In this document: in pieces, positions 33,746 to 44,074 of the stretch
Position numbering within the stretch: the first letter of the stretch is position 1
How the letters are laid out: the number at the start of each line of letters is the position of its first letter
NCBI GenBank assembly: GCA_965248435.1
Contig: OZ252100.1
Coordinates: 4,576,001 to 4,640,000 of the forward strand
From: Candidatus Latescibacterota bacterium
GTDB lineage: Bacteria > Latescibacterota > UBA2968 > GCA-2709665
Length of the DNA stretch: 64,000 nt
Direction of reading: 5' to 3'
Notes under the pieces: generated by a model
The model's input: the letters and a program-made list of their open reading frames with translations, nothing else
Told to the model about the DNA's origin: nothing
The model's database searches: none
Translations under genes and position numbers: made by a program

Positions 33746-36610
33746 TTAGCCTATTTCGGGTTCGCTCGCTCCGTTCGTCTTCACAAACCAGTCTCGAATC
33801 TTGTGGATCATCTCCAGCCTGGAATCGAAGATGTGATGTCCGACAGGCAGGGATTCGAGGAAGGCGCGTCCGTAGCCAGTGCTGAGCACGCGGCTGTCCA
33901 GGATGAGGACCGCGCCACGATCCGTCCGGTTTCGGATCAGTCTACCGAAACCCTGTCTGAACTTCAAGATGGCTTCCGGAACGGAGTAGTTCAAGAAAGG
34001 GTCTTTGCCCTGTTTTTCCAATTCCTCCATCTGAGCCGCCACGAGCGGTTCGGTGGGCACTGCGAAGGGCAGTCTGGCGATGCCAAGGATTTCCAGAGTT
34101 TCTCCAGGGAGATCGATCCCCTCCCAGAAGCTATCCGTGCCCAAAAGCACCGCCTGTCCGTTCAGCCTGAACCGCTCCGTGATGTTGGTGGGCGATCCAT
34201 CGATACCCTGGCCCAGCAGGAGGATGCCTTCCGATTGGAGATCCGGCTTGATGGCATTGTAGGTGCGATTCAACATGCCGTATGAGGTGAAGAGGATCAT
34301 CGTGCTCCTCTGAACACCCAGCGCGAGATCCCGAGAAAGGGCTTCGACCGATTCCTGATACTCGGCGGATTTGGGGGACGGGATGAAGGTGGGCGCACAT
34401 ACGAGGGCCTGCGCCTCGTAGTCGAATGGAGAGCCCAGGCAAAGCAAGCTCACGTGATCTTCCGGAAGCAGGTCCAGGCCCATCCGCCGGACGAAGTAGT
34501 CCAGTTTCCCGCGAATGCCGAGGGTGGCCGACGTAAAGACGATGGTCTGCATGCCTTCATACAAGGTTTCCACGAGACGATCGGACACTTTCAGGGGAAC
34601 GCCGAAGATGCGGGTGTCGGTGCTGTTTTCGCGTGTCGGGAGCTCCATCCAGTAGACTGTCATTTCATCGCTCGCCGTTGTGAGGAAGCCCAGGTCGAAG
34701 AGGATCTCATCGCATTCCTCAGTCCTGCCCTCCAGTTCTCCACGGAGGTCGTCCCGGTTCGGAAAGGCATCTTCAGAGAGATCCCGAAGCCATCCGGACA
34801 GGGACTTGAGCCGATCCACCAGCTCGTGAAGGGCCGCTTCGAACGTCTGGCACTCTTCACTTACGGCATCGAACGTAGACTCTCCTGGCCGGTAACGGAA
34901 CTTTTCCGTGTACGGGCCGTTGTCCTTCCCCTGCCTCTGGCGAACCACCTGGGTGAGGGCCTCGAAGAATGACTGAGTCTTCTGCCATAGCGCCTCCGCC
35001 GATTCGCTGGCGGACCGAATCCCGGTATCGAAGGCCTTCAACGTGGCTGTGTCCACGCGTGCGAAGGAGAGCCAGTGCTGGAGCGCGGGTAGGGTCCCGG
35101 CGCTGATCGCCCCGGAGCTCCTGAGCTGGTCAGTCAAGTTCTTCACCCGCCAGGTGTTCAGCTCCCTTCCGAGGAAGTGTGAGGCGACCCTTTCGATATG
35201 ATGGGCCTCGTCCAGGATGAGGTGCTGGTAGTCTCCCAGGATGCCCTTCTGGGTGCTGAGGTCTGAGAAGAGGAGCGCGTGGTTTACGACGACGACGTGC
35301 GCCTTTTGTGCCGCTTTTCGGATGTTGTTCGCAAAACAGAGCGAGTTGGTCCGGCAGCGCTGGCTTCGGCAGTGTCCGCTGTCGGAACAAATCTTCGCCC
35401 AGAGGCCGGCCGAACGCTGCCTGTTGAAGCCGGTGTTTTCAGTGATGTCCCCGGTCGACGTCTCGTTTGCCCAGATGACGAGGGGGAGCGCGGCGATCCG
35501 TTCCTCTTCTGTGAAGACCGATGCCGGATTCTGCAGGGCGGTCTTCCAACGGTTGAGACAGATATAGTTGTTGCGTCCCTTCAGGATGGCGTAGCGGAAG
35601 GAGACGTTCAGAAGGGCTTCCAGATCCGGCAGGTCTTTGAAAAAGAGCTGATCCTGAAGGTTTCGGGTGTTCGTGGAGATGATGACCCGCGAGCGGTTCT
35701 GAACGGCGTGAAGCACGGCCGGTACCAGGTAGGCCATCGATTTCCCAATCCCGGTGCCCGCCTCGACGGCGAGGAACTGAGCGCCGTTAAAGGCCTCCGC
35801 CACGCCTCGGGACATCTGGGTCTGTTCCGTACGGACTTCGTACCCTTCCATCCCAGCTTCGAAGATGCCGCCTTCAGCGAAGATCTGCCCGATCGCCTCG
35901 ACATCCAGGGGCTGCCCGGGTTCGTCCGTCGTCTGGATCTCTTCCCCGACAAGGTTCACGGGCGGACGACCGTCATCGGTTGCGGTTCGATCGTGCGCGC
36001 GCCTTGCGGGAAGTTCGGATTCGTTGTTCAGGTCCAACAGGATAGGGAGGAGGTCGGACCGCGTCCCGAGGAGGAGTTGGAGCAGCTGCTCTTTAACGTT
36101 TTGGGGGGTATCCTGAAGGGCTTCGACAGTCCCCAGATAGACGGCCGCCACCTCTGATGCGTCTCGCAGTGCTTTGTGGGGGCCTTCACCCTTCACGTTG
36201 AATCGGGAGGCCAGTGTTTCCAGTCGATGATCGGGCAGTCGAGGGAAGGAAGCGCGAGCCAGGTTTCTGACGCTGTGGATCCGCCCGAATCTATCGGACG
36301 AGAAGGCGCCGAGAAATCGCTCCTCGAACCGTCCGTGAAACGCGATGACGGGTGCTGCGGCGACGAATATCTGGAGCGATGCCAGGACCGAATTCACGTC
36401 GGGCGCACCGCTCACCTGAGCTTCTGTGATTCCGGTGAACCGGGTGGAGACATCCGAAATCCCCTTCGACGGCTTCACGAAGCTGTGGAAATGTTCGGCC
36501 ATCCGCCCGTTTTTGACCTGGACAGCACCCACCTCGAGGATTTCGGAGTCTTTCGGGTTCAGTCCAGACGTCTCGATGTCCAGCGCGATGAAGGTGTTCA
36601 GGATCGACAT
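33746..36610 (-). CDS. dinG: DinG-family helicase with an N-terminal DEDDh exonuclease domain
   Basis: LDIETSG and HKALRDA exonuclease motifs; EAGTGIGKS, Fe-S cysteines, ILDEAH, FTSATL, SFWEGID and QGFGRLIR helicase motifs. Confidence 0.92.
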   Translation of the reverse strand: MSILNTFIALDIETSGLNPKDSEILEVGAVQVKNGRMAEHFHSFVKPSKGISDVSTRFTGITEAQVSGAPDVNSVLASLQIFVAAAPVIAFHGRFEERFLGAFSSDRFGRIHSVRNLARASFPRLPDHRLETLASRFNVKGEGPHKALRDASEVAAVYLGTVEALQDTPQNVKEQLLQLLLGTRSDLLPILLDLNNESELPARRAHDRTATDDGRPPVNLVGEEIQTTDEPGQPLDVEAIGQIFAEGGIFEAGMEGYEVRTEQTQMSRGVAEAFNGAQFLAVEAGTGIGKSMAYLVPAVLHAVQNRSRVIISTNTRNLQDQLFFKDLPDLEALLNVSFRYAILKGRNNYICLNRWKTALQNPASVFTEEERIAALPLVIWANETSTGDITENTGFNRQRSAGLWAKICSDSGHCRSQRCRTNSLCFANNIRKAAQKAHVVVVNHALLFSDLSTQKGILGDYQHLILDEAHHIERVASHFLGRELNTWRVKNLTDQLRSSGAISAGTLPALQHWLSFARVDTATLKAFDTGIRSASESAEALWQKTQSFFEALTQVVRQRQGKDNGPYTEKFRYRPGESTFDAVSEECQTFEAALHELVDRLKSLSGWLRDLSEDAFPNRDDLRGELEGRTEECDEILFDLGFLTTASDEMTVYWMELPTRENSTDTRIFGVPLKVSDRLVETLYEGMQTIVFTSATLGIRGKLDYFVRRMGLDLLPEDHVSLLCLGSPFDYEAQALVCAPTFIPSPKSAEYQESVEALSRDLALGVQRSTMILFTSYGMLNRTYNAIKPDLQSEGILLLGQGIDGSPTNITERFRLNGQAVLLGTDSFWEGIDLPGETLEILGIARLPFAVPTEPLVAAQMEELEKQGKDPFLNYSVPEAILKFRQGFGRLIRNRTDRGAVLILDSRVLSTGYGRAFLESLPVGHHIFDSRLEMIHKIRDWFVKTNGASEPEIG

Positions 36611-36633
36611 TGGTCCACGATTTCAATCAGGAT

Positions 36634-36662
36634 TTGACAACGTGAAAGAGATATCCTATCAT
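36634..36662 (+). promoter_or_regulatory. sigma70-type promoter
   Basis: TTGACA-N17-TATCAT. Confidence 0.65.
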
Positions 36663-36709
36663 ATTCGATCGTTGAATTGAAGGCCCCATCTCACCTGTGG
36701 AGGATGAAT

Positions 36710-36901
36710 ATGCCCAAAGATAAGGCCACTTTCGAGCTTGAGCTGGAAAAACATCAGATGACTTTCCTGGAAGAGATGGCACAGAATTATGGTCTGGAAG
36801 GTGCCTCGAAAGCGGCACGGTGTCTGGTCAACTTCGTGATTGAGGAAGAGGCGGAACGTGACCGCGTCTTCAGCGAGATCCGGTGTCTGGACTGCGGGTG
36901 A
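36710..36901 (+). CDS. Small hypothetical protein ending in CxxC
   Basis: Promoter, GGAGG RBS, and a 63-aa product ending RCLDCG. Confidence 0.75.
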   Translation: MPKDKATFELELEKHQMTFLEEMAQNYGLEGASKAARCLVNFVIEEEAERDRVFSEIRCLDCG

Positions 36902-37243
36902 AATCGGATTCAAAACGTTGTTTTGAAGCCGACCGGTGACCGCTCGCCGGTCGGCTATCCGTTTCTGGCGGGTTTGAAAAAATTATACGCTAGCACCGGG
37001 TGAATTTCAAGGCATAAAGACCGGGTACCGGGGTACGGCAGATCGGCTACAGAGACCTGACGGTTTTGGGGCGACGCAGGCGTCGCCCCGGGAAAGCAAA
37101 AGACGGGTACCGTAAACCCCGTGGATCGTTCGTCGGTCGAAGAACGCGCCGCCGTATGCGTGAATCTTGTGTTCGTCCGGATAAGTACCTCGGTCGCCTG
37201 GCGGTTTGGTCGCTTAGAAAAAATGCAACTGTGGAACCCATCT

Positions 37244-37300
37244 GCGCGGGAATGAATTCCCGCGCTGGGTAATCGCAAAGTCCGCCTCTGCGGCGGACTC
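37244..37300. repeat. REP-like double hairpin, copy 1
   Basis: GCGCGGGAATGAATTCCCGCGCTGG...CGCAAAGTCCGCC...GGCGGACTC, with a near-identical copy at 46314-46368. Confidence 0.8.
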
Positions 37301-37401
37301 AGGCCAACGCATCCTACGTAGGATAGACCTGAAAGGGACGGTACGCCGTTTCCGTCCGCCCTGAATCGCCGCGAGATACGAGATACGCTGACTGAAGGAG
37401 G

Positions 37402-38424
37402 ATGATTGTGAAGGCCTTGATCTATCTGGGAAACGAAACAGTCGAGCTCCAGGAGATCGACCGGTCCCGGCGGGCAGATAATGAGGTCGTCATCCGGGTC
37501 GCACACGCCGGGATCTGCGGTACGGACCTGCATATCTTTCTCGGAGACATGACACAGCGCGTGACGCCTCCGCACGTGATGGGTCACGAGATGTGCGGTG
37601 AAGTGGCGGAGGCGCCGCCGGATTCGGATGTGTCGGTGGGCGACCGGGTGATTGTGGAGCCGACGGTCTTCTGCGGACGTTGCCCGGCGTGCCGTCGTGG
37701 ACATACACACGTCTGCCAGAACCTGAATTTCATGGGGTGCGACAGCCCCGGCGCCTTCCAGGAGTACTGGGCCGTTCCCGCCGATCGCCTTCACAAGGTG
37801 CCGGACTCGCTGAGCGATGAAGAAGGCGCGATGATCGAGCCGCTGACCGTCGCCGTTCACGACGTGCGTCGCGTGGGTGTGACGCTGGGGGACCGCGCCG
37901 TGGTGATCGGGGGCGGTCCGATCGGCCTGCTCGTGGCCATGATGGCCCGCCTTGACGGCGCGGAGGTGATCATCTCGGAAGTCAATCCGTTCCGGGTTGA
38001 GCAAGCAGAGGCTTTCGGGTTCCGCGCGGTGAATCCTCAAGGGGAGGACCTTTCGCAGATCGTCGATGATTGGACAGGGGGCGCGGGGGCCGACCTGGTG
38101 TTCGAGGTGAGCGGGAGCGCAGGAGGAGCACGCGTGATGACAGATCTCGTGCGCGTGAGGGGGACGATCGGTCTCGTGGGTGTTCACGCAACGCCTCCTC
38201 CAGTGGATCTGCATCAGTTCTTCTTTCGGGAGCTTTCGCTCGTGGCGTGCAGGGTCTATGAACCGGTGGATTTCGATCGGGCGATTCGGATCGCCGCTTC
38301 CGGACAGATCGACCTCAAGGCGATGATATCGAAGGTGATCCCACTGGCGGATGCCCAGTGGGGGTTTGAAGAGATGAAAAACGGCGGCGATGTGATGAAG
38401 GTGCTGCTGGATTGTCGGGCATGA
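37402..38424 (+). CDS. Zinc-dependent alcohol/sugar dehydrogenase (MDR)
   Basis: GICGTDLH, GHE, CGRCPACRRGHTHVC and GGGPIG motifs. Confidence 0.93.
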   Translation: MIVKALIYLGNETVELQEIDRSRRADNEVVIRVAHAGICGTDLHIFLGDMTQRVTPPHVMGHEMCGEVAEAPPDSDVSVGDRVIVEPTVFCGRCPACRRGHTHVCQNLNFMGCDSPGAFQEYWAVPADRLHKVPDSLSDEEGAMIEPLTVAVHDVRRVGVTLGDRAVVIGGGPIGLLVAMMARLDGAEVIISEVNPFRVEQAEAFGFRAVNPQGEDLSQIVDDWTGGAGADLVFEVSGSAGGARVMTDLVRVRGTIGLVGVHATPPPVDLHQFFFRELSLVACRVYEPVDFDRAIRIAASGQIDLKAMISKVIPLADAQWGFEEMKNGGDVMKVLLDCRA

Positions 38425-39236
38425 GGCGGACCCCACCGGGGTCGGCAAGTAGACGCGGCCAACGTATCCCGATCCTCGTTTACCATCACGTTTACCCCGA
38501 AAAAACACCTGAGCTCGAATCGTCTTCGGAGACGGGCGCCGCCGGCATCATCGGTGAAGAGGAGTTCAGGCGACAGATCGGGTACGTGGCGGACGAGGGT
38601 TGGGACGCAGTGTCGACGACGAAGGTCGTCGATTGGATTGGGGTAGGCACGCCGATGCGGGGAAAAGTGGTCGCGTTTCACTTCGACAACGGATGGCTCG
38701 ACACGGCCACCGTTGCCCTGCCGATCTTGCAGGAGTTCGGGATGACGGCTACCTGCTTTCCGATCACGAACGGCGTCGAGGCGGCGTCGGAGAACAGATC
38801 GATCTCGACGCGTACGCTGACCGAAGGCGTGATCGAAAAGCCGTTCATGACCTGGGACCAGGTAGGGGAACTGGCGGAAGCGGGTTGGGAGATCGGGGCT
38901 CACACCGCTACGCACTGCAAGGTTGCCGAAAAGCACGCTGCTGAGGGAGACGATGGCGTGACCTGGGAGGCAGAGACTTCGAACGAACGGTTCAAGCGAC
39001 GTCTTGGCTTCGTGCCCGATCACTTCGCCTACCCCAGCGGGTCCCGCAACGACCGCACGGATGCGCTGCTTACGCGCTATTACAGGTCACTTCGCCTATG
39101 GCGTTTTGAGTGGCCGATTCGCTGGATGTTCACAGACCGCAGCGTTTCCCTTCTGGCCCTCGAATGCCAGAACGTCGACAGCCGCGTTCCGTTCGAAGAT
39201 TTCAAGCGCATCTTCAGCGAAGCCCTGGCGAGTTGA
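38421..39236 (+). CDS. Polysaccharide deacetylase-family (CE4/NodB) protein
   Basis: PILVYHHV, FHFDNG, MTWDQV, GWEIGAHTATH and FAYPSG motifs. Confidence 0.85.
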   Translation: MRRTPPGSASRRGQRIPILVYHHVYPEKTPELESSSETGAAGIIGEEEFRRQIGYVADEGWDAVSTTKVVDWIGVGTPMRGKVVAFHFDNGWLDTATVALPILQEFGMTATCFPITNGVEAASENRSISTRTLTEGVIEKPFMTWDQVGELAEAGWEIGAHTATHCKVAEKHAAEGDDGVTWEAETSNERFKRRLGFVPDHFAYPSGSRNDRTDALLTRYYRSLRLWRFEWPIRWMFTDRSVSLLALECQNVDSRVPFEDFKRIFSEALAS

Positions 39237-39245
39237 TCCGGTCCC

Positions 39246-39329
39246 TGCAGGGTGTATGAACCCGTGGATTTTGACCGCGCGACTCGGATTGCCACCTCGG
39301 GACAGATCGACCTCAAGGCGATGATATCG
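39246..39329 (+). pseudogene. 84-bp diverged duplicate of the 3' part of the MDR dehydrogenase gene
   Basis: Aligns without gaps to 38248-38331 (CRVYEPVDFDRA.RIA.SGQIDLKAMIS). Confidence 0.85.
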
Positions 39330-39531
39330 CATAGGGCGGACGGCGGACGACAGACCGCAGACCGCGGGATGAACAGAGTGATATTTCACGTTTTTTAGCC
39401 GTCTGTGGTCCGTGGACTACGGTCATGGATAGATGCTTTTTACTCACGGCCGCGGTCCGTTGTCCGCGGTCGGCGGTCAAGGGTAGCTTCTTTTCACGTT
39501 ACAGCCGCGGTCAGCTCCTGAGGAGCGCTGA

Positions 39532-40302
39532 ATGTCATCGATTCTGGACAAGTTTCGTTTAGACGGTAAGACGGCCCTGGTGACCGGCGCGAGTTTCGGT
39601 CTGGGACGCGCCATGGCCGAGGGGCTCGCTGAGGCGGGCGCGGACGTCGTGGTGGTGAGCCGGAATCTCGAGAATCTTCAGGAGGTGCGGAAGACGATTC
39701 AGGGGTTGGGTCGCCGGTGCGAGGGGATCGCCTGCGATGTGGGTGACGCCGACGAGATCCGCTCGATGGTGGCTCAGGCGAAATCGGTCACCGGCCAGAT
39801 CGACATCGCCGTCAACAACGCCGGGACGATGTTTCGCTCGCCCGCCGAGGCATTCCCTGAGGAGGAGTGGCGCCGCGTCATCGACGTGAACATGCACGGC
39901 GTCTGGTTCTGCTGTCAGGAGACGGGAAGGTTGATGATCGAACAGGGGAGCGGAAAGATCATCAACACGGCTTCGCTTTTGAGTTTTCAGGGAGGGTTCA
40001 CCGTTTCGGCCTACGCGGCGGCCAAGGGTGCAGTCTCGTCGCTTACGATGGCGCTTTCAAACGAATGGGCCCAATATAATGTACAGGTGAATGCCGTTGC
40101 CCCCGGTTACTTCGCGACCGAGATGACCAAACCGCTGAGGGAAGACGCCATAAGGACAAAATCGATTCTGGACCGGATTCCGGCCGGCAGGTATGGAGAT
40201 CCCGCCGACCTCAAGGGGGCCGTTGTCTACCTGGCTTCGGCGGCATCCGATTATGTATCGGGCCATCTGCTGGTCGTCGACGGGGGATGGATGGGTCGTT
40301 GA
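39532..40302 (+). CDS. SDR oxidoreductase, KduD / gluconate 5-dehydrogenase-like
   Basis: TGASFGLG, NNAG, YAAAKG, NEWA, APGYFAT and VDGGWMGR motifs. Confidence 0.88.
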   Translation: MSSILDKFRLDGKTALVTGASFGLGRAMAEGLAEAGADVVVVSRNLENLQEVRKTIQGLGRRCEGIACDVGDADEIRSMVAQAKSVTGQIDIAVNNAGTMFRSPAEAFPEEEWRRVIDVNMHGVWFCCQETGRLMIEQGSGKIINTASLLSFQGGFTVSAYAAAKGAVSSLTMALSNEWAQYNVQVNAVAPGYFATEMTKPLREDAIRTKSILDRIPAGRYGDPADLKGAVVYLASAASDYVSGHLLVVDGGWMGR

Positions 40303-40362
40303 CGCTTGTCAATCGGCTCGATTCGCGTAACTTTTTTCAGTCGAACAAGGAAGTGATCTGAA

Positions 40363-40587
40363 ATGGCGGAATTCTCGAGCCTCGGAAAGATCTTGATGAT
40401 CGTCGGCGGCACACTCTTTTTGATCGGAGTGCTCGTCTTCTGGGGCCACAAGATTCCATTATTGGGACGCCTTCCCGGAGACATCTTCATCCAGCGTAAG
40501 GGATTCAGTTTCTACTTTCCTGTCGTGACCTGCGTTGTCCTGAGCATCCTGGCTACGCTCATCCTGAATATCATCTCTCGCAAGTAG
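40363..40587 (+). CDS. DUF2905 small membrane protein
   Basis: LGRLPGDIFI...FYFPVVTC motif, upstream of queA. Confidence 0.88.
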   Translation: MAEFSSLGKILMIVGGTLFLIGVLVFWGHKIPLLGRLPGDIFIQRKGFSFYFPVVTCVVLSILATLILNIISRK

Positions 40588-40595
40588 ACCTCCGC

Positions 40596-41663
40596 TTGGA
40601 TATTCCAAAAACGGCCGACTTCGGCGCGAAGCTTTCCGACTACGACTACGATCTCCCGACGTCGTCTATCGCTCTGTATCCAACGGCTGAGCGAGATCAG
40701 TCCAAGTTGATGGTGCTGCACCGTCAGGAACAGAGGGTCGAGCACAGGGTTTTCCGCGATCTGCCCGAGTTCCTGGCGGCGGGGGACTGTCTCGTCATCA
40801 ACGAGACGAAGGTCTTTCCCGCGCGGCTCAGGGGCGTCCGAGCAGAGACCGGGGGCGCGATAGAGCTCCTCTTGCTCAGGCGAGATGGTGATCTGTGGGA
40901 GGCGCTTGCTCGTCCCGCGAGAAGACTGAAAGTGGGGGCCGAGGTGAGGCTTGAGGATGGCTCGCTCACGGCGGTGGTTGAAGCGGTCTGTCCCTCTGGA
41001 CGTCGACTCATTCGATTCGTTTTAGACGGTGCGCTCGAGGAGGTGCTGGACCGGATCGGGGAGGTGCCGCTCCCTCCCTACATCCATAGAGAGGCGGAGG
41101 CAGATGACCGGCAGCGATATCAAACCGTCTACGCTCGCAAGACGGGCGCTGTCGCCGCTCCTACAGCCGGACTCCATTTCACAGATGGTCTTCTGGCGCA
41201 GATAGGGGAAGCAGGCGTGGAAGTGGCGCCGATCGTCCTCCACGTCGGTCCTGGGACCTTTCGCCCCGTAGCGGAGGAGGACCCCGCGGACCACGAGATG
41301 GAGGCGGAGTCCTTCGAGGTGAGCTCCGAGTCCGCCGAACGGATCAACCTGTGTCGGCGTAAGGGCGGGCGTGTCGTGGCCGTGGGAACGACTTCAGTGC
41401 GCACTCTCGAGTCGGTCGTCGAAAAGGAAGGGGAAGATTGGGTCGCGAGGCCCGACTCGGGGTGGACAGAGCTCTTCATCAGGCCTCCGTACCCGTTTGT
41501 GATGGTGGACGCGCTGATTACCAATTTTCACCTGCCTCGCTCCACACTGCTGATGCTGGTTTCCGCGTTTGCCGGCAGGCAGTTTGTTATGGAGGCGTAT
41601 GCGCAGGCGATCAGGGAGGGATATCGGTTTTACAGTTACGGTGATGCGATGTTGATCCTGTAA
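40596..41663 (+). CDS. queA: S-adenosylmethionine:tRNA ribosyltransferase-isomerase
   Basis: PLPPYI, YQTVYA, AAPTAGLHF, LHVGPGTF, TNFHLPRS and YRFYSYGDAM motifs. Confidence 0.97.
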   Translation: MDIPKTADFGAKLSDYDYDLPTSSIALYPTAERDQSKLMVLHRQEQRVEHRVFRDLPEFLAAGDCLVINETKVFPARLRGVRAETGGAIELLLLRRDGDLWEALARPARRLKVGAEVRLEDGSLTAVVEAVCPSGRRLIRFVLDGALEEVLDRIGEVPLPPYIHREAEADDRQRYQTVYARKTGAVAAPTAGLHFTDGLLAQIGEAGVEVAPIVLHVGPGTFRPVAEEDPADHEMEAESFEVSSESAERINLCRRKGGRVVAVGTTSVRTLESVVEKEGEDWVARPDSGWTELFIRPPYPFVMVDALITNFHLPRSTLLMLVSAFAGRQFVMEAYAQAIREGYRFYSYGDAMLIL

Positions 41664-41682
41664 AGAAAAGAGGCGCTAAGGT

Positions 41683-41790
41683 TGGAGTAATGGAGTAATG
41701 GAGTAATGGAGTAATGGAAGACCAGAGCCAAGAACCTGCCTAAGTGTTTCCCAATACTCCAACACTCCAGTACTGCAACACTCCAGAATC
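41683..41790. repeat. Octamer fold-back element, copy 2: (TGGAGTAA)x4 plus a complementary arm
   Basis: Four units, a spacer, then CAATACTCCAACACTCCAGTACTGCAACACTCCAGAATC. Confidence 0.9.
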
Positions 41791-41848
41791 GCAGAGCTGA
41801 TAGAATGACAAGCCGCGCAGTCTTTCAAATCATGACGAGGAGCTAATT

Positions 41849-42703
41849 ATGCTGACGTTTCCAATCGTGGATTGCCATGTACACTTCTGGGATATGAACC
41901 GGCTCACGTATCGCTGGCTGGATGACGCCCCCAAGATCAACCGGCCTTTTCTCCCGAAGGATTATAAGGAGGCGTGCGGGGATGTGGAGGTGGAACGCAT
42001 CGTGTTCCTCCAGGCTGAGGTGGATCCAGCCCAGTTCATGGGTGAGGCCGACTGGGTGACGTCGCTGGCGAAAGAAGATCCAAGGATCGAAGGCATGGTG
42101 CCGTGGGCACCTCTGGAGAATGGCGACGCTGCCAGGGATGATCTGGAGACGCTGGCACAAAATCGCCTCGTAAAGGGCGTCCGAAGGATTATCCAGTTCG
42201 AGCAGGACATCGAATTCTGTCTCCGCCCGGATTTCGTGAAGGGCGTTCAGGCAGTGGAAGATTTCGGATTGAGTTTCGACATCTGTATTCTCCATCCACA
42301 GCTTGCGAACACGATCGAGATGGTTCGTCAGTGTCCGAACGTGCGCTTCATGCTCGACCATATCGCAAAGCCGGGCATCAAGGACGGGCTGGTGGAGCCG
42401 TGGAAGCAGGAGCTGAAGACCCTGTCGGAGATGGAGAACGTCTGGTGCAAGATTTCGGGCGTCGCTACGGAGGCGGACCACGACAACTGGACGCGTGATG
42501 ACCTGAGACCGTATATCGAACACGTCGTGGACTGCTTCGGGTTCGACAGAGTTGCCTTTGGGAGTGATTGGCCGGTGGCGACGTTGGCCATAACGTATCC
42601 GACCTGGGTCGAGACGATCTGCTGGGCACTGGAGGGATGTTCAGAGGAAGAACTGCGAAAGTTGTTCCACGATAATGCGATGGCATTTTACCGGCTAGGG
42701 TAG
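41849..42703 (+). CDS. Amidohydrolase_2 family protein (L-fuconolactonase-like)
   Basis: DCHVHFWD, LDHIAKP, CKISG and FGSDWPV motifs. Confidence 0.87.
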   Translation: MLTFPIVDCHVHFWDMNRLTYRWLDDAPKINRPFLPKDYKEACGDVEVERIVFLQAEVDPAQFMGEADWVTSLAKEDPRIEGMVPWAPLENGDAARDDLETLAQNRLVKGVRRIIQFEQDIEFCLRPDFVKGVQAVEDFGLSFDICILHPQLANTIEMVRQCPNVRFMLDHIAKPGIKDGLVEPWKQELKTLSEMENVWCKISGVATEADHDNWTRDDLRPYIEHVVDCFGFDRVAFGSDWPVATLAITYPTWVETICWALEGCSEEELRKLFHDNAMAFYRLG

Positions 42704-42709
42704 AAAGGC

Positions 42710-42769
42710 CGGGTACCGGGGAACCAAAACACGGGTACCGGGGAACCGAAACACGGGTACCGGGGAACC
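42710..42769. repeat. 22-bp tandem repeat, about 2.7 units (CGGGTACCGGGGAACCRAAACA)
   Basis: Units start at 42710, 42732 and 42754. Related GGGTACCG cores lie near 37022 and 37103. Confidence 0.85.
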
Positions 42770-42800
42770 TGGCCCAGTTCACGACGCCCTCCACTGGGCC

Positions 42801-42824
42801 GTAGAGACGCCCCGTGGGGCGTCT
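42801..42824. repeat. GTAG-type REP-like palindrome, copy 1
   Basis: GTAGAGACGCCCC-GT-GGGGCGTCT, with a second copy at 46219-46246. Confidence 0.75.
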
Positions 42825-42847
42825 TCGGAAAGATAAAAAGAGACGTC

Positions 42848-44062
42848 ATGACAGACGAGCGACGATCGACGATCGACGAGCGACGGACTTGCGCGATCAT
42901 CTTAGCCGCGGGTTCCGGACGCCGGATGGGGTCAGAGGAGGCCAAGCAGTTTCGATCGCTCGCGGGCAAGCCGGTGCTGGCCCACACGCTTGGCGCCTTC
43001 GAATCGGCGGAGAGCGTGGACCGCGTGGTGGTTGTTGCCAGGGCGGAAGAGATCGACCGATGCCGGGACGAGGTCGTGGACCGGTTCGGGTTCGAGAAAG
43101 TCTTTGCCGTTGTCGAAGGGGGAAAGGAACGGCAGGATTCAGTCGCCGAGGGGCTCAAGGAGGCGAGTGACGCTGAGGTGATCGTGATCCACGACGGGGT
43201 TCGGCCGCTGATTCGGTCGGCACAGATCAATGCCGTCGTGGCCGTTGGATCGCGAGACGGGGCGGCCGTGCTGGCCGTGCCCGTGTCCAGCACGATCAAG
43301 GGCGTGGAGGACGAGTGGGTGCAGGAGACGCTGGATCGTTCGCGGCTCTGGAGCGTGCAGACGCCTCAAGCCTTCCGCGCAGATGTGATCAGGAAGGCGC
43401 ACGAAGAGGCAAGGCGAGACGGTTTTCTGGGGACGGACGATGCGGCGCTCGTGGAGAGGATTGGGGAGCCGGTGAGGGTGGTTGAAGGCCGGTGGGACAA
43501 TTTGAAGCTGACGACGCAAGAGGACTTCGAGATGGCGGAACAGATCGTGATGCATCGGGCCGGGACGAGCGCGCTCCGGATCGGACACGGCTATGACGTC
43601 CACCGGCTTGAATCGGGTCGGCCGCTCATCCTGGGGGGCGTTGAGGTTCCGCACGAGCGTGGGCTCGCCGGCCACTCGGACGCAGACGTCCTGTCGCACG
43701 CGGTCACGGACGCGATCCTGGGCGCGCTGAGCCTCGGCGATATCGGCCGTCATTTTCCCGATACCGATCCGAAGTATGCCGGGATCTCGAGTCTGAAGCT
43801 GCTGGCGCAGGTGACGGAAAAGGTGAAGGCGGCCGGGGCGGTAATCGTGAACGTGGATGCGACCGTGATGGCTCAGCGCCCGAAGCTCTCGCCCCATATT
43901 CCGGAGATGGAATCCCGCATCGCTAAGGCGTTGGGAATCGGCTCCGAGCTCATTTCCGTAAAAGCGACGACGACGGAGGGGCTCGGTTTCGTGGGGACGG
44001 AGGAGGGGATGGCGGCGCAGGCTGTGGCGCTGCTTGGAGTGGGCAAGCCTGGAGAGGGATAG
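42848..44062 (+). CDS. ispDF: Bifunctional MEP cytidylyltransferase / MEcPP synthase
   Basis: [22 protein letters not shown] and TDDA (IspD); [24 protein letters not shown] and KATTTEGLG (IspF). Confidence 0.96.
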   Translation: MTDERRSTIDERRTCAIILAAGSGRRMGSEEAKQFRSLAGKPVLAHTLGAFESAESVDRVVVVARAEEIDRCRDEVVDRFGFEKVFAVVEGGKERQDSVAEGLKEASDAEVIVIHDGVRPLIRSAQINAVVAVGSRDGAAVLAVPVSSTIKGVEDEWVQETLDRSRLWSVQTPQAFRADVIRKAHEEARRDGFLGTDDAALVERIGEPVRVVEGRWDNLKLTTQEDFEMAEQIVMHRAGTSALRIGHGYDVHRLESGRPLILGGVEVPHERGLAGHSDADVLSHAVTDAILGALSLGDIGRHFPDTDPKYAGISSLKLLAQVTEKVKAAGAVIVNVDATVMAQRPKLSPHIPEMESRIAKALGIGSELISVKATTTEGLGFVGTEEGMAAQAVALLGVGKPGEG

Positions 44063-44074
44063 AAGCGCGAGAAT

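Noticed and set aside
36955-38508. 517-aa minus-strand ORF
   Set aside because: Antisense to the Zn dehydrogenase plus repeat-rich intergenic DNA, with no recognisable motifs.
42710-42769. 22-bp repeats as a mini-CRISPR or iterons
   Set aside because: Head-to-tail with no spacers, and no rep gene nearby.
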